Below are positions 63,891-64,000 of a stretch of 64,000 bases of DNA, one piece after another. This DNA comes from Nemertoderma westbladi (lineage: Eukaryota; Animalia; Xenacoelomorpha): positions 30,994 through 94,993 of the forward strand of contig JAUCBJ010000321.1 in assembly GCA_032718475.1 (NCBI GenBank), in the 5' to 3' direction. Each line of letters begins with the position of its first letter. Positions within the stretch are counted from its first letter, which is position 1. The position numbers and the translations under genes were made by a program. Under the pieces are notes generated by a model. That model was not told the DNA's origin. It made no database searches and saw only the letters and a program-made list of their open reading frames with translations.

Positions 63891-64000
63891 GGGGGGGGGG
63901 GGGGGGGGGGAGTAATGAACTTATCGACACCCACACAGCCATTTCCAGATGTGGTTCGCGTATCAGCAGGAACCACGTCCGCAGACAGATACAGAGATCG
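63449..64000 (+). mobile_element. Second tandem partial copy of the Penelope-like element
   Basis: From 63449 the sequence repeats 61366 onward almost exactly, with two 9-nt insertions and an expanded G-run. It runs off the window end. Confidence 0.88.

Overview
Repeat-rich eukaryotic (animal-like) genomic DNA with three recognisable, intron-poor host genes: an intronless MRPL43 (+), ZMYND12 (+, 3 exons) and the cohesin kleisin RAD21 (-, 2 exons). About 26 kb of the window is five unrelated minisatellite arrays with 34-51 bp units. The rest is mostly transposon debris: RTE and CR1/L2-type LINEs, a BEL/Pao LTR element, a Penelope-like element, and Harbinger, hAT and other TIR elements. The main observation is that the two large intronic arrays are tandem amplifications of the genes' own splice junctions. 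ZMYND12 intron 2 holds about 155 copies of its 3' splice site plus exon start (only the last copy gives the full protein). The RAD21 intron holds about 270 copies of its exon end plus 5' splice site. Unit junctions in both read AG|GT, the recursive-splicing/proto-splice motif. Two intergenic arrays downstream of RAD21 also carry donor-consensus motifs on the RAD21 strand. Other findings are a variant minimal hammerhead ribozyme upstream of the Penelope ORF, a weaker HDV-like ribozyme candidate at an RTE 5' end, and several nested insertions with readable target-site duplications (TSDs). Exon boundaries are inferred from reading frame, splice motifs and remembered homology, not from transcripts. 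Copy numbers are length/unit estimates.
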